NCBI GenBank assembly: GCA_043803405.1
Contig: JAZDKB010000019.1
Span: 96,001-160,000 of the forward strand
Length of the DNA: 64,000 nucleotides
From: Spirochaetota bacterium
GTDB lineage: Bacteria; Spirochaetota; UBA4802; JAFGDQ01
Direction of reading: 5' to 3'
In this document: piece after piece, positions 10,278 to 21,100 of the stretch
How the letters are laid out: every line of letters starts with the position of its first letter
How positions within the stretch are numbered: position 1 is the stretch's first letter
Program-made: the position numbers and the translations under genes
The notes under the pieces: generated by a model
Database searches by the model: none
What the model saw: only the letters and a program-made list of their open reading frames with translations
What the model was told of the DNA's origin: nothing

Positions 10278-11615
10278 ATGAAAAATATAAGCATTAGTTT
10301 GATTTTAAAAATGAAATCCATGAGAAAAATAATAATTTCTATTTTATTTTTATCGATTATCATATCATTTAACAGGCTTAATGCCGCGCAGCTTGATTTT
10401 AATAAGCCATTTATGAATGCTGCTGCAAAGGCCAAGCCGGCAGTTGTTAATATTATAATTTATAAAGAGTCAGGAAAGAATTCGGAAAAGAATCTCGTTA
10501 TGTCCGGATACGGCTCAGGAACGATTATTTCAGATAAAGGTTATATTGCAACAAATTATCACGTTCTAAAAAAAGGCAGCCTGTACAGGATTATTCTTCA
10601 CGACGGAAGAGAATGCCAGGCTACGAGTTTTCCCAACGGGGAAATATTTATTGCGGATGAAAAAACGGATATTGCTCTTCTAAGAATAGATGAAAATGAA
10701 ATATTGAATATTAGTCCGATTCCTTTTGCCGACTCGGATGAATTATGTGAAGGCGAGTGGGTCATGGCAATAGGTAATCCTTATGGTTTAAAGCAATCAA
10801 TTACATGCGGTATTGTATCATCTAAAGGGAGAAGCGATATAGGATTTGCCGATATAGAAGACTTTATTCAGACAGATGTATCCATTAATCCCGGTAATTC
10901 AGGCGGACCTCTTATCAATCTGGATGGCAAACTCGTTGGAATTAATACTGCCATACGTACAAAATCCGGCGGATATCAGGGAATTAGTTTTGCAATTCCA
11001 TCCAAGATTATAAAGCAAGTATATTCAGAACTGTTAAAATACGGAAGGGTAAGACGTGGCTGGCTGGGTTTTATTGCCCAGGAAAAACAAATATCCGGCG
11101 GGAGAGAGAATAGACTTTTAGAAATAATATCTGTAATTAAAAATTCGCCTGCGGAATTATCCGGAGTCCGGAAAGGTGATATTATTAAGGAAATAGACGG
11201 GAAAGCAATGGCTACTCTTGGGGAAATAATTAATTATGTCAGCTATAAGCCGATCGGATCAACCTTAAATATAAGCATTACGCGCAACGGAAAAATTTAT
11301 GATTATAATTTACTCTTAAGAGAAAAAGAAGTTTATAAAAAAATCCAGAACATGCTTGAAAATATTTATTTTAATTATGGCTTAGAAGTTGATATTAATT
11401 CTATAACTGGAAATGTTGTAATATCCTATCTTTCACCGATGGGCATGGCATACCAGAGCGGTCTTAAAAAAGGTGATGTAATTTTATCTGTCAATGGATA
11501 CAATGTGACTAACCTTGATGAATTTTTAAAAATTGTTAAAAAAAATAATTATATTACACAATTGAGGATACACAGGGGTGCCAGAGATTATACTGTAGAA
11601 TTTCAAAACGATTAA
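10278..11615 (+). CDS. HtrA/DegP-family serine protease with PDZ domains
   Basis: TNYHV, DIALL and GNSGGPL catalytic triad; two PDZ-like segments. True start may be a later Met. Confidence 0.94.
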   Translation: MKNISISLILKMKSMRKIIISILFLSIIISFNRLNAAQLDFNKPFMNAAAKAKPAVVNIIIYKESGKNSEKNLVMSGYGSGTIISDKGYIATNYHVLKKGSLYRIILHDGRECQATSFPNGEIFIADEKTDIALLRIDENEILNISPIPFADSDELCEGEWVMAIGNPYGLKQSITCGIVSSKGRSDIGFADIEDFIQTDVSINPGNSGGPLINLDGKLVGINTAIRTKSGGYQGISFAIPSKIIKQVYSELLKYGRVRRGWLGFIAQEKQISGGRENRLLEIISVIKNSPAELSGVRKGDIIKEIDGKAMATLGEIINYVSYKPIGSTLNISITRNGKIYDYNLLLREKEVYKKIQNMLENIYFNYGLEVDINSITGNVVISYLSPMGMAYQSGLKKGDVILSVNGYNVTNLDEFLKIVKKNNYITQLRIHRGARDYTVEFQND

Positions 11616-11698
11616 AATTAAATAAATAATTTATGAACACAGGCTCGAAATCTATTTAAGTGATAGAATTTAATTAAAGAGAATATTAATATTGAACT

Positions 11699-12145
11699 AT
11701 GAAATATACTAATCTAAAAGTAGTTTTAGTGATATTAATTTTATTATTTGCGGATTATTCTTCATCCCAAATAAAGAAAAAACCGGTTATTCAATGGAAT
11801 CAGGCATTCTACACTAAGATATTAAATTTAAAAGCCATAGAGCGGGATAGTTTGCTGAACGAAATGCAAAACAGTATTGTTCAGGGCAGGGCTTATGTTG
11901 AATCAGTCGAGAAAACCGAACGATATCGCAGACATTTTAGAATTACGGCAATAGATAATGAAGCATCGGATTTAAATATCAGGCTTTATATTTTTACGGA
12001 TAATCAGGAATATCTGACCTTGCTTCAAAAAGGCGATTTTTTTGATTTTAAGGGCCAGTTTGTTGTATATACGCCGCTTAATTCAAGGAGAGATTCATAT
12101 ATTTTTGATATAATTCTTGAAGAAGGCGCATTAAGCGTTAAATAA
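11699..12145 (+). CDS. Exported hypothetical protein (possible OB-fold)
   Basis: N-terminal hydrophobic segment; LQKGDFFDFKG strand pattern. Confidence 0.55.
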   Translation: MKYTNLKVVLVILILLFADYSSSQIKKKPVIQWNQAFYTKILNLKAIERDSLLNEMQNSIVQGRAYVESVEKTERYRRHFRITAIDNEASDLNIRLYIFTDNQEYLTLLQKGDFFDFKGQFVVYTPLNSRRDSYIFDIILEEGALSVK

Positions 12146-12259
12146 TTTGATAAAGAAAATTAGTTTTTTATCGGATTTTTAAAAATGTTGTTGAAAAAAT
12201 AGGTCTGTTTATACTAATTGTTGCTTTAGTCATAAAATCGCTCTATTTTTAATATAGAC

Positions 12260-12371
12260 CTTTATTCCTGACAGATTAGGGATAAAGCTATTGATTATAC
12301 CATAATTAATTTATGGATATATTGACAACATTTGTTGTTATAATATAATAAATATAAATAAAAGGAATAAA
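12260..12371 (+). promoter_or_regulatory. rpsF leader with hairpin and alternative anti-SD pairing
   Basis: Hairpin 12260-12287; its 5' arm TTTATTCCT (12261-12269) is also the exact complement of AGGAATAAA (12363-12371) at the RBS. Confidence 0.45.
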
Positions 12372-12374
12372 ATC

Positions 12375-12662
12375 GTGAGTTATGAATTAACACTCATTTT
12401 AAGGGTTACAGATAATATCGAATCCTTAAAAGAATTAATTAAAAAAATATTTCAAAAATATGGAGTTACGGTTGTTTCGGAAGATAAATGGGACGTGAAA
12501 AAACTGGCATATCCTATTGATGATGAAACTGATGGGTATTATATTTTTATGGCTATTGAGTCTCCTACTGACTCTATTGATAAAATAATCGCAGATTTTC
12601 GACTTAATAATGATATTTTGCGATATTTTTTCATTAAAGACCGCAGTAAAAAGATTGCATAA
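12375..12662 (+). CDS. rpsF: 30S ribosomal protein S6
   Basis: YELTLIL, W..KKLAYPI, GYY, DILRY; position before rpsR. Confidence 0.95.
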   Translation: MSYELTLILRVTDNIESLKELIKKIFQKYGVTVVSEDKWDVKKLAYPIDDETDGYYIFMAIESPTDSIDKIIADFRLNNDILRYFFIKDRSKKIA

Positions 12663-12715
12663 CTTTAATAAATTAATTAATTTGAAGATAAAAATAAGGA
12701 TATAGAGGTAAGATA

Positions 12716-13183
12716 ATGCCTGATGAGAATGTTCATTCAGCACCAAATGCTGAAAATATCGAAAACAAAGGTCCTAATGGCGGATCGAGAATAGCTGAAA
12801 ATCCTAAAGAAAACGAAATAGCCGCTCGTGCTGAAGAAGTATCTCCTGAAGTGAGTAATGCTGCTGCTCCTGTCGCAGGGAAGCCTGAGCAAGCGAAAAA
12901 ATTTTATCATAGAAAACCGGGCAGAGGTCCATCAAACGGTTCTTCCGATTCTAAAGACTCTCAGAGACAAGCTAGATATAGAAAAAAGATGTGCAGGTTT
13001 TGTTTAGATAAAAATTTCAAGGTTAATTACAGGGATTCCCTTATTCTTGGAAATTATATTACTGAACGCGGTAAAATTTTACCGAGAAGAATTACCGGAA
13101 CTTGCGCCAAGCATCAAAGAGATGTTTCAAGAGCTATTAAGAGAGCCAGAATTCTTGCCGTCTTGCCGTTTACTGTTAAATAA
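12716..13183 (+). CDS. rpsR: 30S ribosomal protein S18 with long N-terminal extension
   Basis: [34 protein letters not shown]. Confidence 0.96.
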   Translation: MPDENVHSAPNAENIENKGPNGGSRIAENPKENEIAARAEEVSPEVSNAAAPVAGKPEQAKKFYHRKPGRGPSNGSSDSKDSQRQARYRKKMCRFCLDKNFKVNYRDSLILGNYITERGKILPRRITGTCAKHQRDVSRAIKRARILAVLPFTVK

Positions 13184-13188
13184 GAAAT

Positions 13189-14118
13189 GTGATCATATTA
13201 ATATCTTTAATAATTGGTATATTTGTACTTGTAGGTACGGCAAGAATTTGTTATAAATTTCCGTGGAAATTTAATTATTTATTTTTTTTACTTCCCGTAC
13301 TTTTTGCCCTGGCTATTTTTCCGGGGAATGACTTTTTTAATTCTATAATTTCTTTCATTATTATAGGTGCTGCTGCAGGATATACATTTAAAAATAACAA
13401 GAATCTGCGATTTTTTATTTTTGTGACTTCATTGTCAATAACCTTCATCTTTGCGTTTAATCATTATTATTTGAAGAATGTTAAAAATATCGATATTCTT
13501 CAGGAAAACAAAAATAAATTTGCTGATATTTTAAAAGAAAGTAATGTCACTGAATCCGAAAAAAAACAGATGATTCAGAAGATAGATGAAACATTGTATA
13601 TTGTTAAGGATATGATGCCTTTTGCTTACTTTTTAAGCGCATTTATTCTTTCAATCGCAGGATTTTATATAATGAAATTTTTATTTATTTACTGGAAATT
13701 TAATAGACCCGATAACGCGGAAAAAAAATTAAAAGGGGAAGAAAATAATAAAAATATATTTTTTGATGGTATCGAAAAATTTAAAGTTATCGATTACCTG
13801 ATTTTTATTTATATTGCAGCGTGGTTTATTGTTTTACTTGTTGACAAAATGAATTATTATTTTTTATATATTGCCGGACTCAATATTGCATTAATTTTAG
13901 CTTGTTTTTATTTAATTCAGGCTTTTGGTATATTAAAATTCTTTTTAAAGAAAAAAGGTCTGCCATCCTCCTTAATGTTATTGATAGTTTTTTCTTTGCT
14001 GGTATTCGGCATGGAATATATGATGTTTTCGCTAATAATACTATCCAGTATTGGTGCTATTGACTTTTGGGCGGATTTTAGAAAATTGGATATGGATGTT
14101 AAACAATCAAATTTATAA
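13189..14118 (+). CDS. DUF2232/YybS-like membrane protein
   Basis: Multi-TM protein ending G..D.WADFRK; conserved position between rpsR and rplI. Confidence 0.8.
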   Translation: MIILISLIIGIFVLVGTARICYKFPWKFNYLFFLLPVLFALAIFPGNDFFNSIISFIIIGAAAGYTFKNNKNLRFFIFVTSLSITFIFAFNHYYLKNVKNIDILQENKNKFADILKESNVTESEKKQMIQKIDETLYIVKDMMPFAYFLSAFILSIAGFYIMKFLFIYWKFNRPDNAEKKLKGEENNKNIFFDGIEKFKVIDYLIFIYIAAWFIVLLVDKMNYYFLYIAGLNIALILACFYLIQAFGILKFFLKKKGLPSSLMLLIVFSLLVFGMEYMMFSLIILSSIGAIDFWADFRKLDMDVKQSNL

Positions 14119-14155
14119 TTGTAGTTGTTGCAATTACTGTAAAACGGAGATTTTT

Positions 14156-14599
14156 ATGAAAGTTATACTTCAAAAGGATGTTCAAAATCTGGGTGAGGCC
14201 GGCGACCTTAAGGATGTTGCTAACGGATACGCGAGGAATTATCTTTTACCGCGCAACCTGGTAATGATAGCGAATGAAACCAGCAAAAAAATTCTTGAAC
14301 ATCAGAATAAATTAATTAAAATAAAGAAAGCCAAACGCAGAAAACAAAGCGAAAAACTACTTGAATCGATTAATAATCTGGAGATTAAAATTACCGCTAA
14401 TGCAGGTGATGAGGGAAAGCTTTTTGGTGCTGTTACTCCAATAGATATTTCAAAAAAACTAAAAGAACTTGGTTTTGAGATAGATAAGAGAAAAATTGTC
14501 CAGGCTGAGCCAATTAAGCATATTGGTGAATATAAATTAACCGTTAAACTTGACATAGGATTAAACGCAGACATAAAAGTTATTGTTGAAAAAGGCTGA
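14156..14599 (+). CDS. rplI: 50S ribosomal protein L9
   Basis: MKVIL..DV.NLG..G...V..GYARNYLLP, GKLFGAVT. ATG at 14156 behind GGAG. Confidence 0.97.
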   Translation: MKVILQKDVQNLGEAGDLKDVANGYARNYLLPRNLVMIANETSKKILEHQNKLIKIKKAKRRKQSEKLLESINNLEIKITANAGDEGKLFGAVTPIDISKKLKELGFEIDKRKIVQAEPIKHIGEYKLTVKLDIGLNADIKVIVEKG

Positions 14600-14602
14600 T
14601 GC

Positions 14603-15970
14603 ATGGCTATAGATAATCTGCCACCTCAGGATATTGACGCTGAATCTTCCTGCATTGCTTCTATCCTATTAAGCAAAGATGCTCTTTCAAAGATTACAGG
14701 CATCCTGGAGGTGGACGATTTTTATTTTGATAAACACAGAATTATTTATGAGACAATTCTGGAGCTGGAAAGAAAGAATGCCCCGATTGATCTTCTGACA
14801 CTTAAACAAAAACTCTCAGATAAAAATTTATTCGATACTATAGGCGGCGATCCGGCACTTATTGAACTATATCGCAGTGTTTCAACTTCCGCTAATGCCG
14901 AATTCTATGCAAACCGCATTAAAGAATTAAGCTTAAGACGGAAAATAATAAATGTGTCTACTGAAGCAATAGAAAAATGCCATGATAAATCAAAGGATAC
15001 CGACGAACTCATAGATGAAGTTGAAAGCGAAATATTTAAAGCAACTGAAAGAAGAATAAGTTCTGATTTTATAAGTATCGAATCTGTCATGGAAGTAACC
15101 ATGAGAGATATTCATATACTTTATGAAGCAAAAAAACCTATTACGGGTACGCCAACCGGCTTTACCGACCTTGATTTTCTTTTAACAGGTCTGCATGAGT
15201 CCGAGCTTATTATTATTGCTGCGCGTCCTTCAATGGGCAAAACGTCCCTGGCTCTAAATATTGCGAATAATGTTGCAATAAATGAAAAAAAGCCGGTTTT
15301 GTTTTTCTCTCTTGAAATGCCGGCAACTCAGCTTGGAATGAGATTGTTGTGTATTGAAACAATGATCGATTCGCAGAAAGTCAGGACAGGCAGATTTGAT
15401 TCCGACGAATTAAGAAAATTGACTGAGGTTGCAGAAACGCTTGTTAAGAGTCCAATGTATATTGATGATACTCCGAATGTAAATGTTTTTCAGCTGCGAT
15501 CCAAAGCAAGAAGGATGTTCCAGCAGAGAGGAAATCTCGGAGTCATTATAGTCGATTATCTTCAGCTTATTTCCGGCACGCGCGGTCTTGACAGGCATTT
15601 ACAGATAGCGGAAATAACGCGGTCTTTAAAGCAGATTGCCAGGGAACTCTCCGTACCAATAATTGCTTTATCTCAGCTTTCAAGAGCTGTTGAAAGCAGA
15701 ACAGACCAGAGGCCGCAGCTTTCCGATTTAAGGGAGTCGGGAGCTATAGAGCAGGATGCAGATATTGTGCTTTTTATTTATCGCGAAGAAAGAGTGAATC
15801 CTGAGACCGATAAAAAGGGAATCGCGGAAATAATGATAGCGAAGCAAAGGAACGGCCCCATCGGCAGCGTGGACCTTTTATTCTGGGAACAGCATACAAG
15901 GTTCGGCAATCTTGATAAACTTCATAGCCCGGAAAAACCCAATACTAGCCGTGAAGGCGCTATAAATTAA
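14603..15970 (+). CDS. dnaB: Replicative DNA helicase
   Basis: ARPSMGKT, FSLEM, VDYLQL, LSQLSR, DLRESGAIEQDAD, KQRNGP; no intein. Confidence 0.98.
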   Translation: MAIDNLPPQDIDAESSCIASILLSKDALSKITGILEVDDFYFDKHRIIYETILELERKNAPIDLLTLKQKLSDKNLFDTIGGDPALIELYRSVSTSANAEFYANRIKELSLRRKIINVSTEAIEKCHDKSKDTDELIDEVESEIFKATERRISSDFISIESVMEVTMRDIHILYEAKKPITGTPTGFTDLDFLLTGLHESELIIIAARPSMGKTSLALNIANNVAINEKKPVLFFSLEMPATQLGMRLLCIETMIDSQKVRTGRFDSDELRKLTEVAETLVKSPMYIDDTPNVNVFQLRSKARRMFQQRGNLGVIIVDYLQLISGTRGLDRHLQIAEITRSLKQIARELSVPIIALSQLSRAVESRTDQRPQLSDLRESGAIEQDADIVLFIYREERVNPETDKKGIAEIMIAKQRNGPIGSVDLLFWEQHTRFGNLDKLHSPEKPNTSREGAIN

Positions 15971-15972
15971 GA

Positions 15973-16749
15973 ATGAAACCCGGAAAGAACAGCCTGTTCG
16001 TCCATATCCTTGAAGAGATCGGCGGGCATTTGATTTTTTTAAAGGATACGCTTAAATGGACATTCCGGCCTCCCTTTGATTACAAAAATATCCTGGTTCA
16101 GATGCTGGAAATCGGTTACAGGTCGATTCCCGTTACGAGTATAACTCTTTTCTTTACCGGTATGGTTATGGCTCTTCAAATAGGAAAAGCAATGGATAAG
16201 CTTATGTCCGGGTCTTCGGTTTTTATTGGAAGCGCAGTTTCTATTTCCATGCTAAGGGAGCTTTGCCCGGTACTGACTGCTTTGCTTCTTGCCGGAAGGA
16301 TCGGCTCCGCCATTGCAGCCGAGATAGGCACTATGCGTGTAACCGAACAGATAGATGCGCTCATTACTCTCAGGGCCAATCCGGTGCAGTATCTTTCAGT
16401 ACCCCGTTTCCTGGCGTGCTTTATTATGACACCTGCATTGACAGTATTGACCGATATTGTAGGAATACTGGGTGGTGCTTTTGTGGCTCTGGCTTTGCTC
16501 GGTATTACTGTTGACAAATATTTTGAGAATATTTTTAATTATCTTTCTTTAACTGATTTTCTTTCAGGATTAATAAAGACATTTTTCTTTGGCATTGAGA
16601 TTGCTATAATATCCTGTTATCAGGGATTCAGAACAACCGGAGGCGCCGAGGGAGTAGGAAAATCCGCAATTCAGGCGGTCGTCAGGTCATCTATGGTAAT
16701 TCTGGTATCGGATTATTTCTTTACATATTTACTGCAATTTATTGAATGA
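15973..16749 (+). CDS. mlaE: MlaE-family ABC permease
   Basis: RELCPVLTALLLAGRIGSAIAAEIGTMRVTEQIDAL, PRFLA, GGAEGVG. Confidence 0.93.
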   Translation: MKPGKNSLFVHILEEIGGHLIFLKDTLKWTFRPPFDYKNILVQMLEIGYRSIPVTSITLFFTGMVMALQIGKAMDKLMSGSSVFIGSAVSISMLRELCPVLTALLLAGRIGSAIAAEIGTMRVTEQIDALITLRANPVQYLSVPRFLACFIMTPALTVLTDIVGILGGAFVALALLGITVDKYFENIFNYLSLTDFLSGLIKTFFFGIEIAIISCYQGFRTTGGAEGVGKSAIQAVVRSSMVILVSDYFFTYLLQFIE

Positions 16750-16813
16750 TGCATTTATCTGCCCAAAAGCACCTGTTACTATCCATTATTAATTTTAGAA
16801 ATATTTTATTATT

Positions 16814-17443
16814 ATGAGTAAAACAGAAAAAGAATTTTTTACATTATTAAAAAATGAAGGCATCAGAGAAAATGTAATTGAGGCTTTTAAATTATTTGAT
16901 CAAAAATATTTCTTTGATCAAATATTTACCGGTTATTTTTATTCTCATGAGTGTGTACCTATAGGCAAAGGAGAAAAATCCGATGCTTCTCCGGTGCTTG
17001 CTAAGATGATAAATAATTTACCTTCCGGCAAAGATTGCAGGATACTTGAAATAGGAACCGGGTCAGGTTATTCAACCGCCATTCTTTCAAGACTATTTAG
17101 TGAGATTGTAACCGTCGAATATTATGAAGATTTTGCAATATCGGCTAAAGAAAGACTCTCAAAATTAAAAATAAATAATGTAAAATATTTAACCGGTGAT
17201 GTAATGGACCTCGATGATATGCCGGTATTATTTGACGGTATTATTATTTTTGCCGCGTGTCCCAGCAGGCCGCTTTTTTTAATGCCTTATTTAAAAGAGA
17301 AAGGAGTAATTGTATTTCCAATGGGGCCTGTTTATCAGCAGCAAATAGCTGTGATGACGAATGAATCCGGCGGGAAAGGCAGTTTATATAAAATGGATTT
17401 TTACGACTTCTGCAATTTTACTCCTTTAAAGGGAATGTATTGA
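16814..17443 (+). CDS. pcm: Protein-L-isoaspartate O-methyltransferase family
   Basis: LEIGTGSGYSTA, FDGII, GVIVFPMG, FTPL. Confidence 0.8.
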   Translation: MSKTEKEFFTLLKNEGIRENVIEAFKLFDQKYFFDQIFTGYFYSHECVPIGKGEKSDASPVLAKMINNLPSGKDCRILEIGTGSGYSTAILSRLFSEIVTVEYYEDFAISAKERLSKLKINNVKYLTGDVMDLDDMPVLFDGIIIFAACPSRPLFLMPYLKEKGVIVFPMGPVYQQQIAVMTNESGGKGSLYKMDFYDFCNFTPLKGMY

Positions 17444-17452
17444 AATAGACTC

Positions 17453-18175
17453 TTAGTTGATTTTTGAAATAAAATTAATCATTACAGTATTTTCTTTTAC
17501 CGGATTAAAAGAGTAATCGCTGAAGACATCAATAAGCTTATAATTTTCTGATTTTAAAATATTTTTTATTTCATCTATTGTGTATAATCTTTGAATATGC
17601 GTTTCAGTTTCTATAAGGCTTCCTTGTTTAAATGTTAAAATGGAATAAATAATTTTTTTTTCCGCATCATATTTATTTTCCCATTCAACTTCCATCCCAT
17701 TCACAGAGTAATCGGTTTTATTGTTAAAAAAATATTTTTTAATATTATATTCTGTGGTTATATCGAACATGAATATGCTGTCATTTGTCATTATTCTGCG
17801 GGCAGATCTGAAAACCCGGGCAAGTTCATCCGGTTCCAAAAAATAGTTCATTGTATCATGAACTGAAAATATAAAGTCGAATTTTTTCGATAGTGTAAAA
17901 TTAGTCATGTCTGAGCAAAATATATGGAATTTTTTATAAGCACGGTTTTTTGCAATCCGAAGCATTTCGATTGAATTATCCATACCGAATATTTCAAAAT
18001 TATCTCTGGAAAATTTTGCTCCAAATTTCCCTGTACCGCATCCGAGTTCAAGCAGCATTTTGGGATTGTCTATGTATCTGAACATTAAAGACCGTATATA
18101 TGAGTACCATCGTTCATAGTCGACATGTTTTAAAACGTAATCGTATACTGAAGAGAAGGTTGTATAAGGCTTCAC
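17453..18175 (-). CDS. Class I SAM-dependent methyltransferase
   Basis: LELGCGTG, D.S.EML, DMTNF, DTMNY. Confidence 0.9.
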   Translation of the reverse strand: MKPYTTFSSVYDYVLKHVDYERWYSYIRSLMFRYIDNPKMLLELGCGTGKFGAKFSRDNFEIFGMDNSIEMLRIAKNRAYKKFHIFCSDMTNFTLSKKFDFIFSVHDTMNYFLEPDELARVFRSARRIMTNDSIFMFDITTEYNIKKYFFNNKTDYSVNGMEVEWENKYDAEKKIIYSILTFKQGSLIETETHIQRLYTIDEIKNILKSENYKLIDVFSDYSFNPVKENTVMINFISKIN

Positions 18176-18186
18176 AGGATATGTCT

Positions 18187-21100
18187 TTATTTTTTTTCGT
18201 CTTTTTTGGATTTGTTTGGTCCGGCTTTATCTTCTTCAATTCTTACTGTTTTAGCATTCTCAGTTACAGGAAGAGGCATGTCTTCTCCCTGCTCAACTTC
18301 CGTGCTGTTATTCTGCTCATTATCTATTGTTTCACCTTGTTTTTGATTTGTTTTTTCTTTTACTCTTTCAATGCTGGAAATAATATTTTTATCATTTGGA
18401 TCAAGAATTATTGCCTGACTATAGTAGTTAAGAGCGCCCGGTAAGTTATTCAGTTCTTCATGACATAATCCTATATGGTAAAATAAGGATGCTGTTTTTT
18501 CTTTAAGCTCCAAAGCTTTTTCAAAGTAAATAAGAGCTTCTCTGTGCCTTCCGCTTGAGAATAACAGGAATCCCATCTGATAGAATACTTTAGGATCATC
18601 CTTTTTTAAAATCATGGCATATTGTAGATATTCAAATGATGAGTCTATGTCCTGAAGTATTATGCTTAAAATTCCCAGGCGATAATTTGCTTCAAAATTA
18701 TTTTTATTGATAGTCAGGATTGCTTTATAAAGTTTCCTTGCATCCTCCCATTTTTTTTCTTTTTCAAATTTTTGCGCGGCGTTAAAGTAATAATTTTCTT
18801 TATAGGATAATATATCCCAGATGTACTTTCTTAAGTCTGCTTTATATTCTGATTGTCTTTTCAGATTAATGAGCTGTAATGCCTCATTTTCATATTCTTT
18901 ATTTGCTTCAAATAACTCCGCTTTTTTAACTTCAGGGAGAAAGTATCTGTTTTCCGACAGCTGGTTCTGCATGGAATAATAAAAATATATGTTCATATTT
19001 GTTTTGTCGACAAGGTTTAAAAAATTTGAATGATTGTCGTAAAATCCAGCAATCATGTTTTTATCCATAATGAATTTTTCCGAGTCGCGGGGAAAGGGAG
19101 ACAAATTTATGCCATCTTTGCTGGTATAAACTAGAAGATCATCTAATTCTGTAAATAAAATATGCGATAATAAATGGAATTCATTATAAAAAATATTTTT
19201 TAACTCATTTTTAGAATCAAAAACTTCTCTGAAATTATTAATGTTATTCTGACTTATCTCAAGAGTTTTTATATTGTTCGCAGACATAAATACAAAATAA
19301 TTCGGAAAGTAAAAACATATTGTTTTTTTAAAGGATTTTTTTAAACTATTGCTTGCACTTACGAGGAAACTTTTTCTGCAGTTTGAAGCAACGATTTGTA
19401 CGAATATTCCCTCCGCGGACAAATGATTGCTGATTATTTTATAATATTCATCAGAAAATCTGAATGCGTTTACAGCCTGATCAAATAAATTAGGAATGTC
19501 CGCAATGACTTTATAGGGAGATTTTACTTTATTTAAATGTGTAATAATTTCAGAATTTTCCAGAATATAGTTTTGATCACCAGCGATTGGAAGTCGTTTA
19601 AAATCGGTCATTCTGTCTGGCAGATAATCCAGACAGATTGCGTTTTTAAATAAAGAGATAATCGGGTTTTTAAAGAATTTCTGATTGCCGTCTATAAAGA
19701 GGACTTCGTTCCAGTTTTTACTGTTAATATAAAGTAATATTGGCGCAATTGATCTTTTCATGTTTCTTATTGAAGGATCTTCTGCACTGAATGACGGAAT
19801 GCCTGATGTATATACAGATACTTCATTATCAATATACTGTGAATTGTAATTGATATGATTCAGACCGTCGAATCCGGCAGCATAGCTTATAAAAAATTTA
19901 CTGTTTAGAGGGATGCCGAAATACAGATGCATAAGAATCAGGAGTGGTATTACAATTAATGATAAAATAAAAAACAGCAGTTTTTTATAAGCTTTAATAG
20001 AAGTTTGCATTAAATAAATGCCGGGAATAAATATATTCATCAAAGCAACAATATAAAGTAAAATAAAAAACCAGAAATATGTGAAGTTTATAAAATTAAG
20101 AGAGATTAAAATAGGCGCAGGCAGGATCAATATGGAAAAATCAATTATAGTGAATCTGTTTTGATGATTGTTGTTCAATAAAATATAATTAATTGTTCGG
20201 AAAAGAGAAAAGCCTAATATTACCGAGACAGGAATAAAAATAAAAACTGCAGCATAAAAAGTAATCCCGTTTTTAAAGGATATTAAACACAGCAATGTTA
20301 TTATAAAGAAAACCGGATAAAGCATTTCTGCGTAAATATACCAGAAAGCCTGTTTTATAATGCGCGCTAAAATTATCCCGAGCGCTATCGATAAAAAGGT
20401 AATGATTATAAAAATTATTTTAACATGAATAAAGTCTCCGAAGTATTTTACAATACTTGTAAATCCGAGAAATATATAAATAAGGATATACGTAAAATTC
20501 AGATAAATAAAGAAAAGGTCATCCCTTTTGTAATTATCTTTTATTTGAACCGGTATATTATTTTTTTCTTTCATTTCCTGAGCATATATAGGCGCAGGAT
20601 TATATGAAAGTTTTATTAAAAACGCAGTCGGAAGTATTGCAACCGGCAGTATTCCAGAAAAAAGGTGGGCATTGCTGTAAGTTAGAATCATTGATAACGC
20701 AAATCCAGCAGCTGTTCCTGAAAGCAGGAATAATAAAAAAGGCATTGCTGCTTTTTTATTATCGATAAAATCACCGCATGCAATTTTCAGAAAGTAGTTA
20801 ATTTTAATACCTGCAAAAACAGAAATGACAAATAAAGGCAGCGCCGCATAGAACCAGTTTTTACTGAATAGATACAAGAGAGGATTATAATTACCGGGTG
20901 TTATAAATTTGCTGTATGTGAATATAAGACACGAAACTATAAAAATAATTTCTGTGATGAGATAAATTTGTTTATAATTGTTAAATTTTTTAAATAGTAT
21001 TTTAGCTAACAGGTTTCCGCAAAAAATTCCTGCGCATGCTGAAATAAATATTATTTGCAATACAGGCTGGTAAAGAAAATAATAATTAAGTGTAATAGAG

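Noticed and set aside
14051..14155. Cys-rich N-terminal extension of L9 in the ORF track
   Set aside because: Overlaps the upstream gene; canonical MKVIL start with RBS is at 14156.
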